NCBI RefSeq assembly: GCF_963921235.1 | Contig: NC_086107.1 | Span: 96,784,001-96,848,000 of the forward strand | Direction: 5' to 3' | Source of the DNA: Mobula hypostoma | Lineage: Eukaryota | Length of the DNA stretch: 64,000 nucleotides | In this document: positions 51,011 to 64,000 of the stretch, one piece after another | Numbering within the stretch: position 1 is the first letter of the stretch | Layout of the letters: each line of letters starts with the position of its first letter | The notes under the pieces: model-generated | Databases searched by the model: none | Seen by the model: the letters and a program-made list of their open reading frames with translations, nothing else | What the model was told of the DNA's origin: nothing | Program-made: the position numbers and the translations under genes

Positions 51011-52615
51011 CAATCCTTCCGCCAACTTCCTGCCACAGACTGGCATCAGTGGCATTCTGGAATGTCTGCGGGGGACCCTGACCAGCAGTGGTTCAAGGAA
51101 GCAGCCCACCTTGAGCTTCTCTAGGGCATTTAGGGGTTGGGAAGGAATGCCGGCCAGATCCCCAACAAATGACTGAAGACGCGCGCACTGTGAATCAATC
51201 TATGTTCCGTCCTCCATCGTGGAGCATTGCAGAGTTGACAACTTTATTCAACTTGGCACAGGTTTCTGAGCGTGACGAACCTGGCCCCCAACCCCAGCCT
51301 CTGCCACACCAGACACCATACTTACATGGTGGTCAGACCCCACCGCCCCCCCGGGAACAAGTGCAATACGCCGCCAAGGCAGACGGGGGCGGCCGTCAGT
51401 ATGATTCTGAACAGAGTGACACAGAGCTGACCCCACCCCACCTCCATCCCTCCACACATCAAATCATGTGGAGGCTCAACAATGGCCAGTAGTCATATTC
51501 TTGGTCCAGGCATTGCAACCATTCCTAAGGACAAATATCAGCAATGTCCATGAATGAGGCTTTGTGTCTCGCTTCATGTGCCAGACTTATCAGTACGGGT
51601 ATTGTTTTGGAGCGAGTCTTTTTTTTTCCCTCAAGAATGCCAAAAAGTGGAAGTTTCTTTTCCCTCCTTGTTTATTGGATAAAGGCTCTGTCCGGAGAAC
51701 GATACCTACAGCCACGCGACGGGCAAACATTCTGGTCTTTGATGGAAAGCCAAACCAGTAGGCTCTCCTCCTGCAGGGCATAGAAGCTGGCCCTTCAGCC
51801 CACTGAGTTTGTGCTGGCCATCAGCCATCCATTTTATTCTCCCTCCCCATTCCCACCAAGCGCCCCCAGATTTTACCCCTCACCTGAACACTAGGGGCAA
51901 TTTACAGCGGTCAATTAACCCAGCAACTAATCTTTAGGATGTGTGATCAAACTGAGCACCCGGGGGAAAGCCAAACAGTCACAGGGAGATGTCGCCCGAC
52001 CTGCTGAGTTCCTCCAGCATTTTGTGTGTGTTGCTCTGGACTTCCAGCATCTGTAGAATCTGTTGTGTCAATGGAGGAGATGCTGGTTTGAAACTGGAAT
52101 TGGTTTATTATTGTCACATGTACCAAGACACAGTGAAAAGCTTGTCTTGCATTCTGTTTATACAGATTAAATCATCACACAGTACATTCACGTAGAATAA
52201 GGTAAAACAATAACAGTGCCAATCAAAGATTAAAAGCTACCAAAAAGGTGCAATGTTCATAATGAGGTAGATTGCGAGGCTAAGAGCCCATTTTATCATA
52301 CAAGAAGTTCATTCAAGAGTTTGATGTCAGTGGGATAGAAGCTGTTCGTGAGCTTGGTGACACTGCACTGTCTCCTGGATTTTATAACTTTTTATAACTT
52401 GTTGTGTGTAACCTTGTCAGGGCTGTCCTCACTTTGCAGTCAAACCGCCAGATGAAGGGAGCCATGTGTTACAGAGATGTTTCACCCCAACGTCACTCAA
52501 TGGGCGACTCTTCACATCCAAGTCATGGGTCTAATTCCCATTCCCAATGGCCGGAGCCACACACAGCCAGAGATTCCTGGAACATTCATTCAGTTTTTTG
52601 TCTCTCCTCTCAGGT

Positions 52616-52887
52616 CCTTTTTTTTTAGCGTGTTGCACCAGACAGTCAGCTATTCTTGTCTGGCACGTGGTGTCAGGATTGGTCTCCTTTTGGATTAACC
52701 GGGTCACGATATGAACGTTCCTGACTCAACCCTTTTTTTTTTTATAAACGAGGCCGAGTGGTTAGCTCCACGCTCAACCCGGCACGGATGGAAAGCGTGC
52801 TTGGGGGGCGGGGGTGGTGGCCCGACTTGGATTCGAACTCGGGAGCCTTCGCTCCGGAGTCCAGTGCTGATGCCACTGAACCATTGG
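52616..52887 (-). mobile_element. tRNA-derived SINE with A tail
   Basis: A-box TGGTTCAGTGG, B-box GAGTTCGAATCC, 10-bp TSD cctctcaggt (52606-52615, 52888-52897). Confidence 0.85.
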
Positions 52888-54189
52888 CCTCTCAGGTGAA
52901 CATCAAGGAAGGCAGTCCCAGAGTTCTCCCCGTGTTATGCTCAATCAATGATCACGTTGCATCACCTTGGCCAGTTTGATTTTGACAGCATAGAGTTAAA
53001 CACCACAGAGAAAAGCCCCTCAGCCCATCATCCTTACTGACCATCAACCACCCATCTACACTAATTTTGTTATAATCTCCCCACGTACTCATTATCTTCC
53101 CCCAAGATTTTACTGCTCACCTACACCAATGGGACAACTTAGATCAGCCAATTGACCTGCAGAACCGCACGTCATTGAGATGTGAGAGGAAAACAGAGCA
53201 CCTGGAGAAAACCCGTGCAGTCACAAGTAGAACGTGCAGACTCCACATAGACAGCACTGGAGGTCAGGATCGATGGAGCAGTGAGGCAGCTGCACTACCC
53301 GCTGCAACAGAACGGAGGATTTAGTTCAAAACTATTCGTTGCCTAAAGAATAATTTCGAACATCCAAAGATGTCAGAAGTCACAACATAGAGAGAGAGAG
53401 AGAGAGAGAGAACACTTTAAAAGAAGTAACAGGGAGGAAAGCTGAAAAACATTCTGTCACAATGAGTCAGGTTATGTAGGAGATGGGATTCTAGCACAAC
53501 AGGCAGTGCTGCTGCCTCACGGTCCCAGAGACCCAGGTTCAAGGCCAACCTTGGGTGCTGTCTATGTGGAGTTTGCATGGTCTCCCTGTGACTGTGCTTC
53601 CCCTGGGTGCTCTGGTTTCTTCCCACATCCCGAAGATTTTCTGATTGGTGGGTTAATTGTCTGCTATTAATTGTCCCAATTGGGAGGAGGGTCAGGGGAG
53701 GGCTAAAGTAAAGGAGGGAGGGGGTTGGTGACACAGGTTTATCTGAACACTGACTTTGAGTTTCTGAGTCACGGAGCACAAATACATGCTTTTTGACCCA
53801 ACGAGTCTACGCTGACCACAGTACGCACCCAGCTGGAGCTAAATTCCAGTGTTTAAAGCCTCGCCCCTCCATGTACCTATCCAAGTGTTTCAACCACTTC
53901 TTTTGTGCGTGGTGGGTGGGTTGTGTTTGATGGTTTTTGAATGTTTTTTCTTTGTTTTGCGGCTGTCTACGGGGAAGATAAATCACAGGGTTGTACACTT
54001 TGACAATAAGTGCACTTTGAACCTTTGATTCCTGCAGGCTGCAACAGCCCAGACTGATATCCAGTCTCATCTGCCCCTGTTGGGCAGCTGCTGGCTCTGC
54101 TGATGAGGTTAGACTTCTTCAGACTAAAGAAACTCTTTTAGAATAAACCCCAAGTACGGCAGGAGCATGACTGCCATGCATTATCTCTG

Positions 54190-55250
54190 CTCCTGAGGGT
54201 GGCATTAGATGTGGAGATTACCTGGAAAATGGGTAGCTCAGGTGGTTGATGTTTGGGTTGAGTTGTTCTCCCTTCTTGGCAATCCATTTGAAAATGTTTT
54301 GCCACCATATGAGGAGACATCATCGGAGTGCTGTTCATTTGTGTTGTGTCCTCCGAATGCCTGGCCTTTATAAACTTATTTAATGCTCGAATGCTCCAAG
54401 AACGTAGAATTTCAGCTGTACCTAAACCTACAGCGACATTGGAGAGAATACTATGCAGACCTAAAGAACAAATCAGGACAAGACCAATATGGTCTACAAA
54501 ATCCAATGTGGGGACTACAACTATCAGCTGTAGCCAGGCCGCTGGTGGCACAATGGCATCAGCACCGGACTCCGGAGCGAAGACTCCCGAGTTCAAATCC
54601 AAGTCGGGCCACCCCCCGAGCACGTTTTCCATTTGCGCCGGGTTGAACGTCGAGCTAGCCACTCAGCCTTGTGAAGAAAAGGGTCGAGTCAGGAACGTTC
54701 ATACCGTGACCCAGTTAATCTGAAAGGAGACCAATCCTGACACCACATGCCAGACAAGAATGGCTGACTGTCTGGTGCGACACGCAAAAAAAAAAAGCTA
54801 TCAGCCAGACTGGGAGAAAACTATCCACAGGGGTCTATCCACCGGCTGTGAAGCAGCATGACCAACTCTCCCATGAAGAACGAGAGGGGCACTATTTGAC
54901 TGGGCATCTGTAAAAACAGTGACGCAAGCAAAGAGAATTCCTAGAAGCATTGTTTTCTGCAAAGCATTCTACATACAGACATGTAGGCCTTGATCCCATT
55001 TATAAGCCAATGCGGGCAAAATTCCAGACAACGCACAGAGTTCACCACCCAGCCAATCAGCGACGAGATCCCCTTCCCTACATCACAATTGAGTTTCCAT
55101 AACGACGACCAATCAACTGATTGATAAGAGTATAAAGGCCAGCATTTGGAGGACACACCAGAAGTGAACAGTACGCTGATGATGTCTCCTCGTATGGTGA
55201 TGAAACGTTTGCAAATGGATTGCCAAGATCGGAGAACAATTCAACCCAAT
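54190..55250 (+). mobile_element. Degenerate Penelope-like element of a second family (RT end, GIY-YIG, pLTR with hammerhead-like motif at 55176-55212)
   Basis: Fragments KPTATLERILCRPK, TNMVYKIQC, QTGRKLST and REFLEA; CTGATGA-tgtctcc..ggtgat-GAAACgtt. Confidence 0.7.
54533..54796 (+). mobile_element. tRNA-derived SINE (same family as 52616-52887) inserted in the Penelope GIY-YIG region
   Basis: A-box TGGCACAATGG, B-box GAGTTCAAATCC, A11 tail; ctatcagc repeated at 54521 and 54798. Confidence 0.85.
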
Positions 55251-55499
55251 TCAGTAATAGATATATTTCAGGTGGAGGCAGATAAATGAAAAGTCAAAGG
55301 AAAGAGGGTGATGGGGAACAGGCACAGGTGAGGAATTGGTCATCCATGATTATGTTGAATGGTAGGGCAGGCTTGAGGGGTTGAGCGGGTTCTTTCTGTT
55401 CCTGTTCACTAATGTTCACATTCTGCCCTTGATCTGCACTGGGAATGGGACCCTTTACTGAGAAGATTGGAAACAAATGGAGCAGATTTTGTTAAAGTT

Positions 55500-55790
55500 T
55501 GTAACAGAGGACTCCCTGATCTACGGGCTGTTCCCGGGGACGCACACGCAGACCAACATCCGGTGCTGCTGGCAGCTCATCAACTCGGTGAAAGACGCTA
55601 TTTGGTCGGCCCGAAACTTGATGATCTTCCAGCACATGGAGATGTCCGTGGGAGAATGCTGCCGACTGGCACATTCTCGGCTGCAGGAGTACGTGCTGAG
55701 GGACGCGCTGAAACTCGGTGCAGCCACCGCAAGGGCCCGGTGGGGAAGGACGACTGTTTAGGGTTCTTCTGTTATCGTACAGGCGGGGAC
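55500..55790 (+). mobile_element. L1/Tx1-clade ORF2 C-terminal fragment
   Basis: VTEDSLIYGLFPG...WQLINSVKDAIWSARN...ARARWG in ORF 55477..55761; CpG-rich, so relatively young. Confidence 0.7.
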
Positions 55791-56879
55791 TGGGTCCTTG
55801 GTAAAAATTCTTCAGCAAGAAATATGTGCAAAGGAAAATTGATGCTTAATGTAATTTGATTCTTACAGCTGGTACTGAAACTGGTCCTATATCAGGGTGC
55901 TGCATAAAATAATTTCCAAATTTTAAGCATAAAGTGGTTGGTTAGCATCCATCTGTTCTGAAGGACAATGGGTGATGCTGATCATCATCACAAGCCTGGC
56001 CGGAAGGTATGGAGATCCTGAGATGCCCAGTTGTCAAGATCCCCCTCTCAGCCTCACCAGTGTAGTCCAAAAGAAAGCTTATGAAGCAATACGTTTTGCA
56101 CCAGCTTGCCTGTAGGAACTGCTGGAAAATGTTCAATGACGTCCAGCCACCTTAGGGGCTCCACTCTGGATTTGCTGTCTGGGTTTACTCCCGTAGCCTT
56201 TATCTCTCCCGAGGCTGCCCACGAGGCAGTGGAGCTATTTACCCGTCACTGGATCATGAGCACCAGGGCGTGTCCACACACCGGTGAGCCTGGGTGGTAA
56301 GTGAGCAGGGGCCAGACCTCCTCCCCGTCCTCTGTCATTCAGCCTGGGTCTGAAAGGAGATCAGTTTCCGAGAGTCCCCAGTGAGGAGGCACTACCTGAG
56401 GCTTGCTGTTGGAGGGGCTGTGTACGGGCAGGGAGGGACTTACACATTCAGCTCTCCTCTTCGCAAGACTGTTAGCTGGCGGTGGAAACTGAAGTTGAGA
56501 CCGACGAGCACTACCCACTGCTCTACCACACTAGACACAACAACCATTTTGACACGTTTGCTTCTGGAAGACCTTGAGGCAAGTGAAGGAAGCCCAGGTG
56601 CTTTCATATCTTGGCGAAGGAAGTATTCTAGTCTGGCCGAGTGGTGCATCCCACAGTTCAATCAGAATCAGAATCAGGTTTATGATCACCGGCATGTGAC
56701 GTGAAATTTGTTAACTTAGCAGCAGCAGTTTCAATGCAATACATAATCTAGTAGAGAGAGAGAGAGACAGAGAGAAATAACAAAATAAAACATAGTAAAT
56801 AAACAAGTAAATCAATTATGTATATTGAATAGATTATTTTAAAAATGTGTGAAAACAGAAATACTGTATATTAAAAAAA

Positions 56880-58242
56880 GTGAGGTAGTGTCCAAAGTTT
56901 CAAAGTCCATTTAGGAATTGGATGGCAGAGGGGAAGAAGCTGTTCCTGAATCACTGAGTGTGTGTCTTCAGGCTTCTGTACCTCCTTCCTGATGGTAACA
57001 GTGAGAAAAGGACATGCCCTGGGTACTGGAGGTCTTTAATAATGGAAGCTGCCTTTCTGAGACACCGCTTCCTAAAGATGTCCTGGATACTTTGTAGGCT
57101 GGTACCCAAGATGGAGCTGACTAGATTTACAACCTTCTGCAGCTTCTTTCAGTCCTGTGCAGTAGCCCCTCCATACCAGACAGTGATGTAGCCTGTCAGA
57201 ATGCTCTTCACAGTGCAACTATAGAAGTTTTTGAGCATATTTGTCGACATGCCAAATTGCTTCAAACTCCTGTAAGGTGCTTCTTCTTTTATGTTACTGC
57301 GTAGGCTAATTAAAATGGCTTCTTCGTTATGTTATAATTAAAATGGATTCTTTGTTAACTGCTGAGAAAGTCCTCCCACCAGTAGTTTGTTTGGATTATG
57401 TTATTGATAAGAGAGTGATTGAACCAATTGGGATAGAAATTATTCTTTCTGTGTGTCTGTAAGGTATTGTGATGCGCAGGTTTTGGGGAGAAGGCGCGAC
57501 AGAGGGAGAGAGAATGGACAAGGTGCTATGAGCTGGCTAACGGGGTCGGACCCCGAGCAGGAGTCTGAGGTCCAGGTCTTCGGCGAGGAGGGGAGACGTT
57601 TATTTCACAGAAGAGAAATCCCTCAGCAAAAGGGAAGCAAATCCCTCAGCTCCAGTACCCAGTGTGGAGCATCTGGTCGACCACTGTGGTTGGTCCCAGG
57701 CGGCAGGTCGAGGTGGTCAGAAGGGATCGAGTGGTGAAGAGAGGATCGTTACTAGAGCTCCAACTGTTGGTGCACGAAGAGATTGAACTTTGATAAGTGT
57801 GGCGCCTTTTATTTTCCTTTTATATTTTATCTCTATTAATTATCTAGTTCCAGTAATATCTATAAACTGTAATTCACTTAATCGTATATGGTGTATTGTC
57901 TGTTATTTGGCAGGATGGGGTACATCACACAGCATCCACACAAACTTATTTACCAAGTTTGGCGGGGCCGAGGGCTGTTTCCCTAGACGACAGCCAGTCA
58001 AGCGACCCTGAGGCTTGCCAGGGGGCTACACTCCTAATAAAGTATAGCCGCTGTTGTGCTTTCTTTATGACTGCATCAGTATGCTGGGACCAGGTTAGAT
58101 CCTCAGAGATCTTGACACCCAGGAACTTGAAACTGCTCACTCTCTCTACATCTGATCCCTCTGTGAGGATTGGTATGTGTTCCTTCGTCTTACCCTTCCT
58201 GAAGTCCACAATCAGCTCTCTCGTCTTACTGATGTTGAGTGT
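56880..58242 (-). mobile_element. Rex1/Babar-like LINE 3' fragment split by a solo LTR
   Basis: VERVSSFKFLGVKISEDLTWSQHTDAVIKKAQQRLYFIR continues past the LTR into LKQFGMSTNMLKNFYSCTVKSILT. Confidence 0.85.
57271..58030 (+). mobile_element. Solo LTR (760 bp)
   Basis: TGTA...TACA termini with 4-bp TSD ctcc; interrupts the LINE reading frame cleanly. Confidence 0.85.
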
Positions 58243-59170
58243 GCGCTGGGGGGTATTAGGTAGCTCAGGACTTGTGTGAGCTGAGGTTAGTGTGTAATGT
58301 CACCTCCAGCACACCTCTGCCGCACTAGGAGGACAAGGAAATTGCTGTCTCAGCTGGAGGGTGTCCACATAACAAACTCAAAGTGAGAGACCATATGTTG
58401 AAGGGTGACAGGTATAAGAAACATGTCACACAAAGGGCAGCGGAACCAGGGACGATAGAACTGAGATCGTTCAGTGAGTGATGGTGTGTTGACCATAAAT
58501 ATTCAAAATGTTACTGGTTTTCTTCTTGCTTTGGGATTTCTCTTCTGTGAAATAAACGTTTCCGTAATAAAAGGAGGAAGTGGAGAAGTGGCAGAAGGAT
58601 TGCCAGCGTGGGGCCTTGTGTGAAAAGCTCGAGGCTCATCAGCTGATTATGGGTTGGGAGATATATTTTAATGGCACACAGTAAGGGAACATGAGACTTA
58701 AAGGGGGAAAAAAGGCAGAAAGGACACGTGGAGCAGTACTGGCTGCAGAAGGTAGGCAGGTCAATGAAGAAGGGAATAACTAGGGAGCGATTTACATCCA
58801 AAACCAGGCACGCAGTGAGGAGTGAATCTGTGGAACTTTATATTTTATCGAGATTGTGGAATTTGGGACCATGAGGAGAGGCTGAAGGGAGAGGGGGAAA
58901 TGAAGAGAAAGCTGTGCTGAGTAAGAGTTTGGCTAAAGGGCAGACACCCGTTTTTTTTCTGTGATACCTGTCCTAGTAGGTCTTCAGAAAGCAGGTCAAA
59001 GACAGAGAAACCAAATCAAGTTACCATAGATACTCAAAGTCTGGTTTAAATACGAATCACGTTTAGTAGGTCAGATGGGGACAGGAAAACTGAATTATGA
59101 CATTGGGTTGATGACCTTGTCAAGCACGCACGGTTCTACTCTGTACTTTTCCATAGTTGTATATACTGTA

Positions 59171-59172
<2 letters not shown>

Positions 59173-59226
<54 letters not shown>
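59173..59226. repeat. (CA)n microsatellite
   Basis: Direct reading. Confidence 0.95.
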
Positions 59227-59228
<2 letters not shown>

Positions 59229-60453
59229 AGTTAAATTACAAAGGCCCGATTTCTGGGGATGTACCCTTAAATCAAAGCTGACCTATTAAATTGATAAGGA
59301 ATGGACGGACAAGAAGAGAATTCTCCCCTCAGTTGGAAGGTGCCCAGACAACAGGCCCAGTGAGAGAGTAACAAGCCAAGTGCTGGAGTCAGACAGCGTC
59401 TGGCGTCTGTGGAGGAACCGGCCAAACCCAAGGTCCAGACCCTTCGTCTGGACTGAACGGGGGATAACCAGTATAAAGAGGTGAGGGGAAGCGGTGAGGC
59501 AAGAGCTGGCGGGTGATAGGTGGATCCAGGTGAGGGGGGCTGATCAGCGGATGGAGAAGGCAAGAGTGAAAATAGCAACCATTGCTGGGAGGAGATGGGT
59601 GGAGGCAAGCTGCAGGTAGTGGAATCTGAAAGGTGGAACATGGAATCGAATACTGGAGGGAGATGGGGGGAAGCAGAAGATGGAAACAGACCCGGAAGGA
59701 GTGCGTGTGTGATGGCAGATGAATTGGGAGGTGGAGGGGAAAGAAACAGGAGATGGGGGCTGGAATGGGTGTAGGAAGAATTGGGTAGATCAGGAGGAGA
59801 GAGAAAGGAGACAGAGGGGGTGTTGTTGGCTATCTGAAGCTGGAGAGTTGGGCTCCATGTTCCACCTTCCTATCCTATCTGCAGCCCCTTATTGCCTCCA
59901 TATCACCTCCCTGCCTCTACCCCTGTCTCCACTCTCCCCTTCTCCATCTGGCTTCCTCACTTGGATCTACGTATCACCTGCCATCTCTTACTCCACCCCA
60001 ATGTTCATAAATTAACATCGGCTATCTCCCCTCTATCTTTCAGTTCAGATGACCTGAAACATCGTCATTTCCATTTCCTCCCACAGATGCTGATCGATTT
60101 GTCCAGCCCTTCGTCTGTTGCTCGGGGTTCCAGTACCTGCATTCTCCTGTGTCCCCAGCTCAATGACAGAGGCTGGCCAAAGAGGAACGACATGGGGAAA
60201 GTTGGCGGGACCCTCCCACGAACACACACAGGCTCAAACGTAAGCTTTTGTCATGCGATTGATCATGCTCTGCCAGGCCTAGGAGTGACTACCCCAGGAG
60301 GACCTCAACCTCGTCGTTGGGTTTGGAGGCTTGCGTGCCTCAATAACCCGGAGAGCTACATTGGCTGGAGCCAGGGCTTTATGTTTTGCCTGTTGGTAGG
60401 GTTACCCATGCCAAACAGGTCAGAGGGCAGAGGCCAGATGAAGAGTGCTCCAC

Positions 60454-61313
60454 TGTGACGGGCTCCTGAATTACCCCTATAAACTGTGCTCGATTACCCC
60501 TATGAACTGTGCTTTTGGAAAAGAGAGAGAGAGAGAGAAAGTTACTTAACACCAACAACTTGTTTTTAAAAGAGAGAGAGAGAGAGATGAAGACTGCTCA
60601 CAGGTTGTTTATACTTTTTTCAAGGATGTTTGCCTGCTTGTACATTTCTTACACAGAGAGAGGAAGGAGGAGTTATTTGAGTGACAGTTGATGCTCAGCA
60701 CGGGAAGATAAAATAGGAGGTCAGATGATAGACCTCAGGCACATGTTTTGGACACTGAATGAGCTTTGTTGTGCCTGCAGAAAAAGTGGGTTTTTGGAGG
60801 ATCAATCAGGCAGATCGATCAGTGGCTCTTGCAGTGAAAAGGAAAGGGGTTGACTGGTGGGGGGTTGTCCATGTGACAACCCTTGCCTGGGTGATAGCTC
60901 CACCACAGAAAACTGGTCCTCTTTGTCGTGGTCACAGTCGGTGACTTTTAAAGGATTTCGGAGGACAATGAGAAGATCGATGGTGTCAGCTCACCTGAAG
61001 TCTCAAATCGCTCCCTCTCTCTCTCCATCACTACTCAACTCAATACCACAAACTGAACTGAACTGAAATTTACTCATCATTGTAAGACCGTATCTTTTTA
61101 CCCCTAGACTTGAAGAAGCTTGATTTTCATATATTTCCACACTTACTGATATGCGTACTTATATATAATCATTGCTAATCTGTTTGATTTATCTGCATTT
61201 ATATTATTGTATTGCGTGGTTACTACTAAATATCATTATTTAATAGCAATACCCGACTCCAAAGCGTTTTCCATCTCTGCTGGTTCTTTATTCCCGTCAC
61301 GGGGTACGTGACA
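60454..61313 (+). mobile_element. Solo LTR (860 bp) inserted in an RTE-like 5' fragment (about 60270-61520)
   Basis: TGT...ACA termini with 4-bp TSD ccac (60450-60453, 61314-61317). Confidence 0.8.
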
Positions 61314-62899
61314 CCACCAATCCTCTAAGTTCGGAGGTTCAGCCTATGGCTTACAACCCTGAGTGGTAAAACAAAACTGTTACGGAAACAGCAATGAAGA
61401 ATCCTTCTACATCCGAGTGTGACGGTATTGCTGAGTCTCCGCCCGGGACTTGCATGACTGACAGGAATGAAACCCAAGAGAAAGCTACTGACATGATGAA
61501 GGAAGACCTGAACACTGCCAGAGATGGAGGAGCAGGCAGTAAGGAAAGAGAGACTGAACTAACGGTGCTAAAGGGGTCGCGGTGCAGATCGGTGAGAAGG
61601 ATCAGGAAAGGAAGAAAAGAAGGAAGTTTTCCCCCATTGAAGGAAGCTTTGAAGGAGTAGTGATGGAGAAGCTTCGAGAAGGCAGATGGCACTTTGTACC
61701 CGGTGAGGTTATTTTGAAGAGACGCACGTGTATTGTAGAAAGCATAGCCGCCAGTCATGCGCACGAAGTTCAGGTTATCAGTAAAATGACGGCGTGCAGA
61801 TAATTTATTATGGCAGTGACATTGGTGAAGGTATAAATACAGTCTTGACACAAGGATTCCCCCACCCCCCCAAAATCCCTACCCTTGCCCTGGCTTATTG
61901 CAAAAGAAGTGCTGGGGATCTGTAATACTCACCAGAAGGGATGTGCGGGACCTTAGGTGTAACATCTCATCCCCCTGATGGCTGGGGCCAGACCCTGACC
62001 CACTGAGTGGTTTTGTCTGAAGGTGCTACTGCTCTCTCTGCCCTCCAAAATGTTGAGAATTTCCTTCCTCCACACATGCTGCTCGGCCCACTGAGTTTCT
62101 CCAGCTGATTATTTGTTGTTCCTGGTTCCAGCATCTACAATATCTTGCACCTCCAGACCTTGGACCTTTCTTGGATTGTCATGACAATGAGAAGAATACT
62201 TCACTTGACCTTATTGTTTTGCATCTGTATTAATGATTTAATGATATTGACTTAATTAATAATGTGGTAAATTCCTTAAGGTTGGTATAGCTGGAAGGGG
62301 GTTGTGGTGGGTCATGTGGATAAGCTCCCACTACCTACTAAATCCTCCCAATGGCGTGCATATCAAATAGCTTCTGACAACCAAGTCTAGCTCCTGGCCT
62401 TCACACGTGGCTTAACTACGAAGCTTGGAGGAACCATTTCTACTGACAGGAGAAGAAGCTGGGTTACTGGTGCCTTAAAACTTATCGCTCTGGGGAGATG
62501 GGGCTCATCAGCTGTGGTTGGCAGCTCATCTAGGAGAAGGAAAACTCTGATCTCAAAACTGTGCTGTTTTGTGGGTATACCCACTCGTGAGGAAGGCTTT
62601 GGGAGTAAACCCTGAGGAGAAAATCTGGAGCAGGAGTCCCTAAGGCAGTCCAACATTGAGTTCAGGGCTGACTGACACCTCCTGCAATGGCGCTGGTGCC
62701 AAACTGCATCGGTCTCTGCCGTTCCTCTGGACTCAACAACTGTGTAGAGAGGGGGAGCTTGCTACATGGGCAACAGCTTGCTCTCCATATCCTACTGACC
62801 TGGCTTGCATAATAGTGGCACTGCACCAACAACGTGGACAGTTAGGAGGCAGAATCCGTGGTTGACCCCGAAACAGGGAGCCTGAGCTGTGGCAAATTG

Positions 62900-63580
62900 T
62901 GTTAGTAAATTTGCAGATGACACGAAGACTGGAATGTAGTGACAACAAGGAAGGCTATCAAAGCTTGCAGCAGGATCTGGACCAGCTGGGAAAATGGAAT
63001 GAAAAATGCCAGGTGGAATTTAATGCAGACAGTGAGGTGTTGCACTTTGGGAGGACAAACCAGGGTAGGACTTCATTTCAAGAGGAGTAGAATATAAAAG
63101 CAAGAATGTAATGTTGAGACTTTGTAAAACACTAGTGAGGCTTCACCTGGAACACTGTGAGCAGTTTTGGGTCCCTTATCTGAGAAAGGATGTGCTGAAA
63201 CTAGAGAGGGTTCAAGGGAGGTTCACAAAAATTTTCCCAGGATTGAACGGCTTATCATATGAAGAGTGTTTAATGGCTCTTGGCCTCTATTCACTAGAAT
63301 TCAGAAGAATGAGGGGTGACCTCATTGAGACCTATCAAATGGTGAAAGGCCTTGATAGAGTGGATGTGGAGAGGATGTTTCCTATGGTGGGAGAGTCTAA
63401 GACCACAGGACACAGCTTCAGAATAGAGGGGTGTCCTTTGAGAACGGAGATGAGGAGGAATTTCTTTAGCCGGAGAGTGGTGAATCTGTGGGATTCTTTG
63501 CAACGGCCAAGTCTTTACGTATATATAAAGCAGAGGCTGATAGATTCTTGATTAGTCAGGGCATGAAGGGATACGGGGAG
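62900..63580 (+). mobile_element. CR1 ORF2 3' fragment
   Basis: KFADDT, LVRLHLEHCEQFWVPYLRKDVLKLERVQ and MRGDLIETY in ORF 63111..63551. Confidence 0.9.
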
Positions 63581-64000
63581 AAACATAGAAACATAGAAAG
63601 TAGGTGCAGGGGTAGGTCATTCGGCCCTTCGAGCCTGCACCGCCATTCAGTACGATCATGGCTGATCATCCAACTCAGAACCCTCTACCTGCCTTCTCTC
63701 CATACCCCCGATCCCTTTAGCCACAGGGGCCATATCTAACTCCCTCTTAAATATAGCCAATGAACTGGCCTCCACTGTTTCCTGTGGCGGAAAATTCCAC
63801 AGATTCATCACTCTCTGTGTGAAGAAGTTTTTCCTCATCTCGGTCCTAAAAGGCTTCCCCTTTATCCTCAAACTGTGACCCCTCGTTCTGGACTTCCCAA
63901 ACATCGGGAACAATCTTCCTACATCTAGCCTGTCCAATCCCTTTAGAATTTTATATGTTTCAATAAGATCCCCCCTCAATCTTCTAAATTCCAGCGAGTA
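63581..64000 (-). mobile_element. CR1 3' end, tail-to-tail with the previous copy
   Basis: ORF 63656..63979 (GDLIETYKILKGLDRLD...FRTEMRKNFFTQRV); tail repeat aaacatag x2. Confidence 0.9.

Noticed and set aside
52820..52887. tRNA gene (also about 54535-54610 and 26960-27030)
   Set aside because: These are tRNA-like SINE heads continuous with a SINE body and tail; no complete cloverleaf.
61582..61851. Possible exon of a neighbouring gene (ORFs 61582..61803 and 61351..61851)
   Set aside because: No recognisable protein family, weak acceptor, partly overlaps an RTE-like repeat.

Overview
Eukaryotic, repeat-rich vertebrate DNA. The mix of CR1, Rex1/Babar, RTE, Penelope, hAT and Tc1/mariner relics suggests a cartilaginous fish, probably a ray (inference only). 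The one host gene I can support is a minus-strand SEPTIN3 orthologue. Seven core coding exons (21598-21404, 17549-17421, 12270-12189, 9863-9726, 8206-8089, 1336-1241, 140-44) splice in frame with GT-AG boundaries, and the gene continues beyond position 1. There are two candidate alternative N-termini: a 1.46-kb exon encoding 484 aa of low-complexity sequence (42268-40807) and a 10-nt ATG-TGG-CAA-G coding segment in a CpG island (30331-30322). The rest is intronic or upstream DNA full of nested transposon relics. The most unusual signal is a set of short (about 205-270 bp) hairpin insertions with 14-15 bp target-site duplications. Each is built only from two inverted Penelope pseudo-LTRs carrying a minimal hammerhead-ribozyme motif (CTGAnGA...GAAAC-GTC). 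Also notable: a 27-bp minisatellite born inside a Penelope endonuclease remnant, a 68-bp target-site duplication, and a 27-bp inverted templated insertion in a solo LTR. No prokaryotic or CRISPR system is present. Repeat boundaries without TSDs are approximate.
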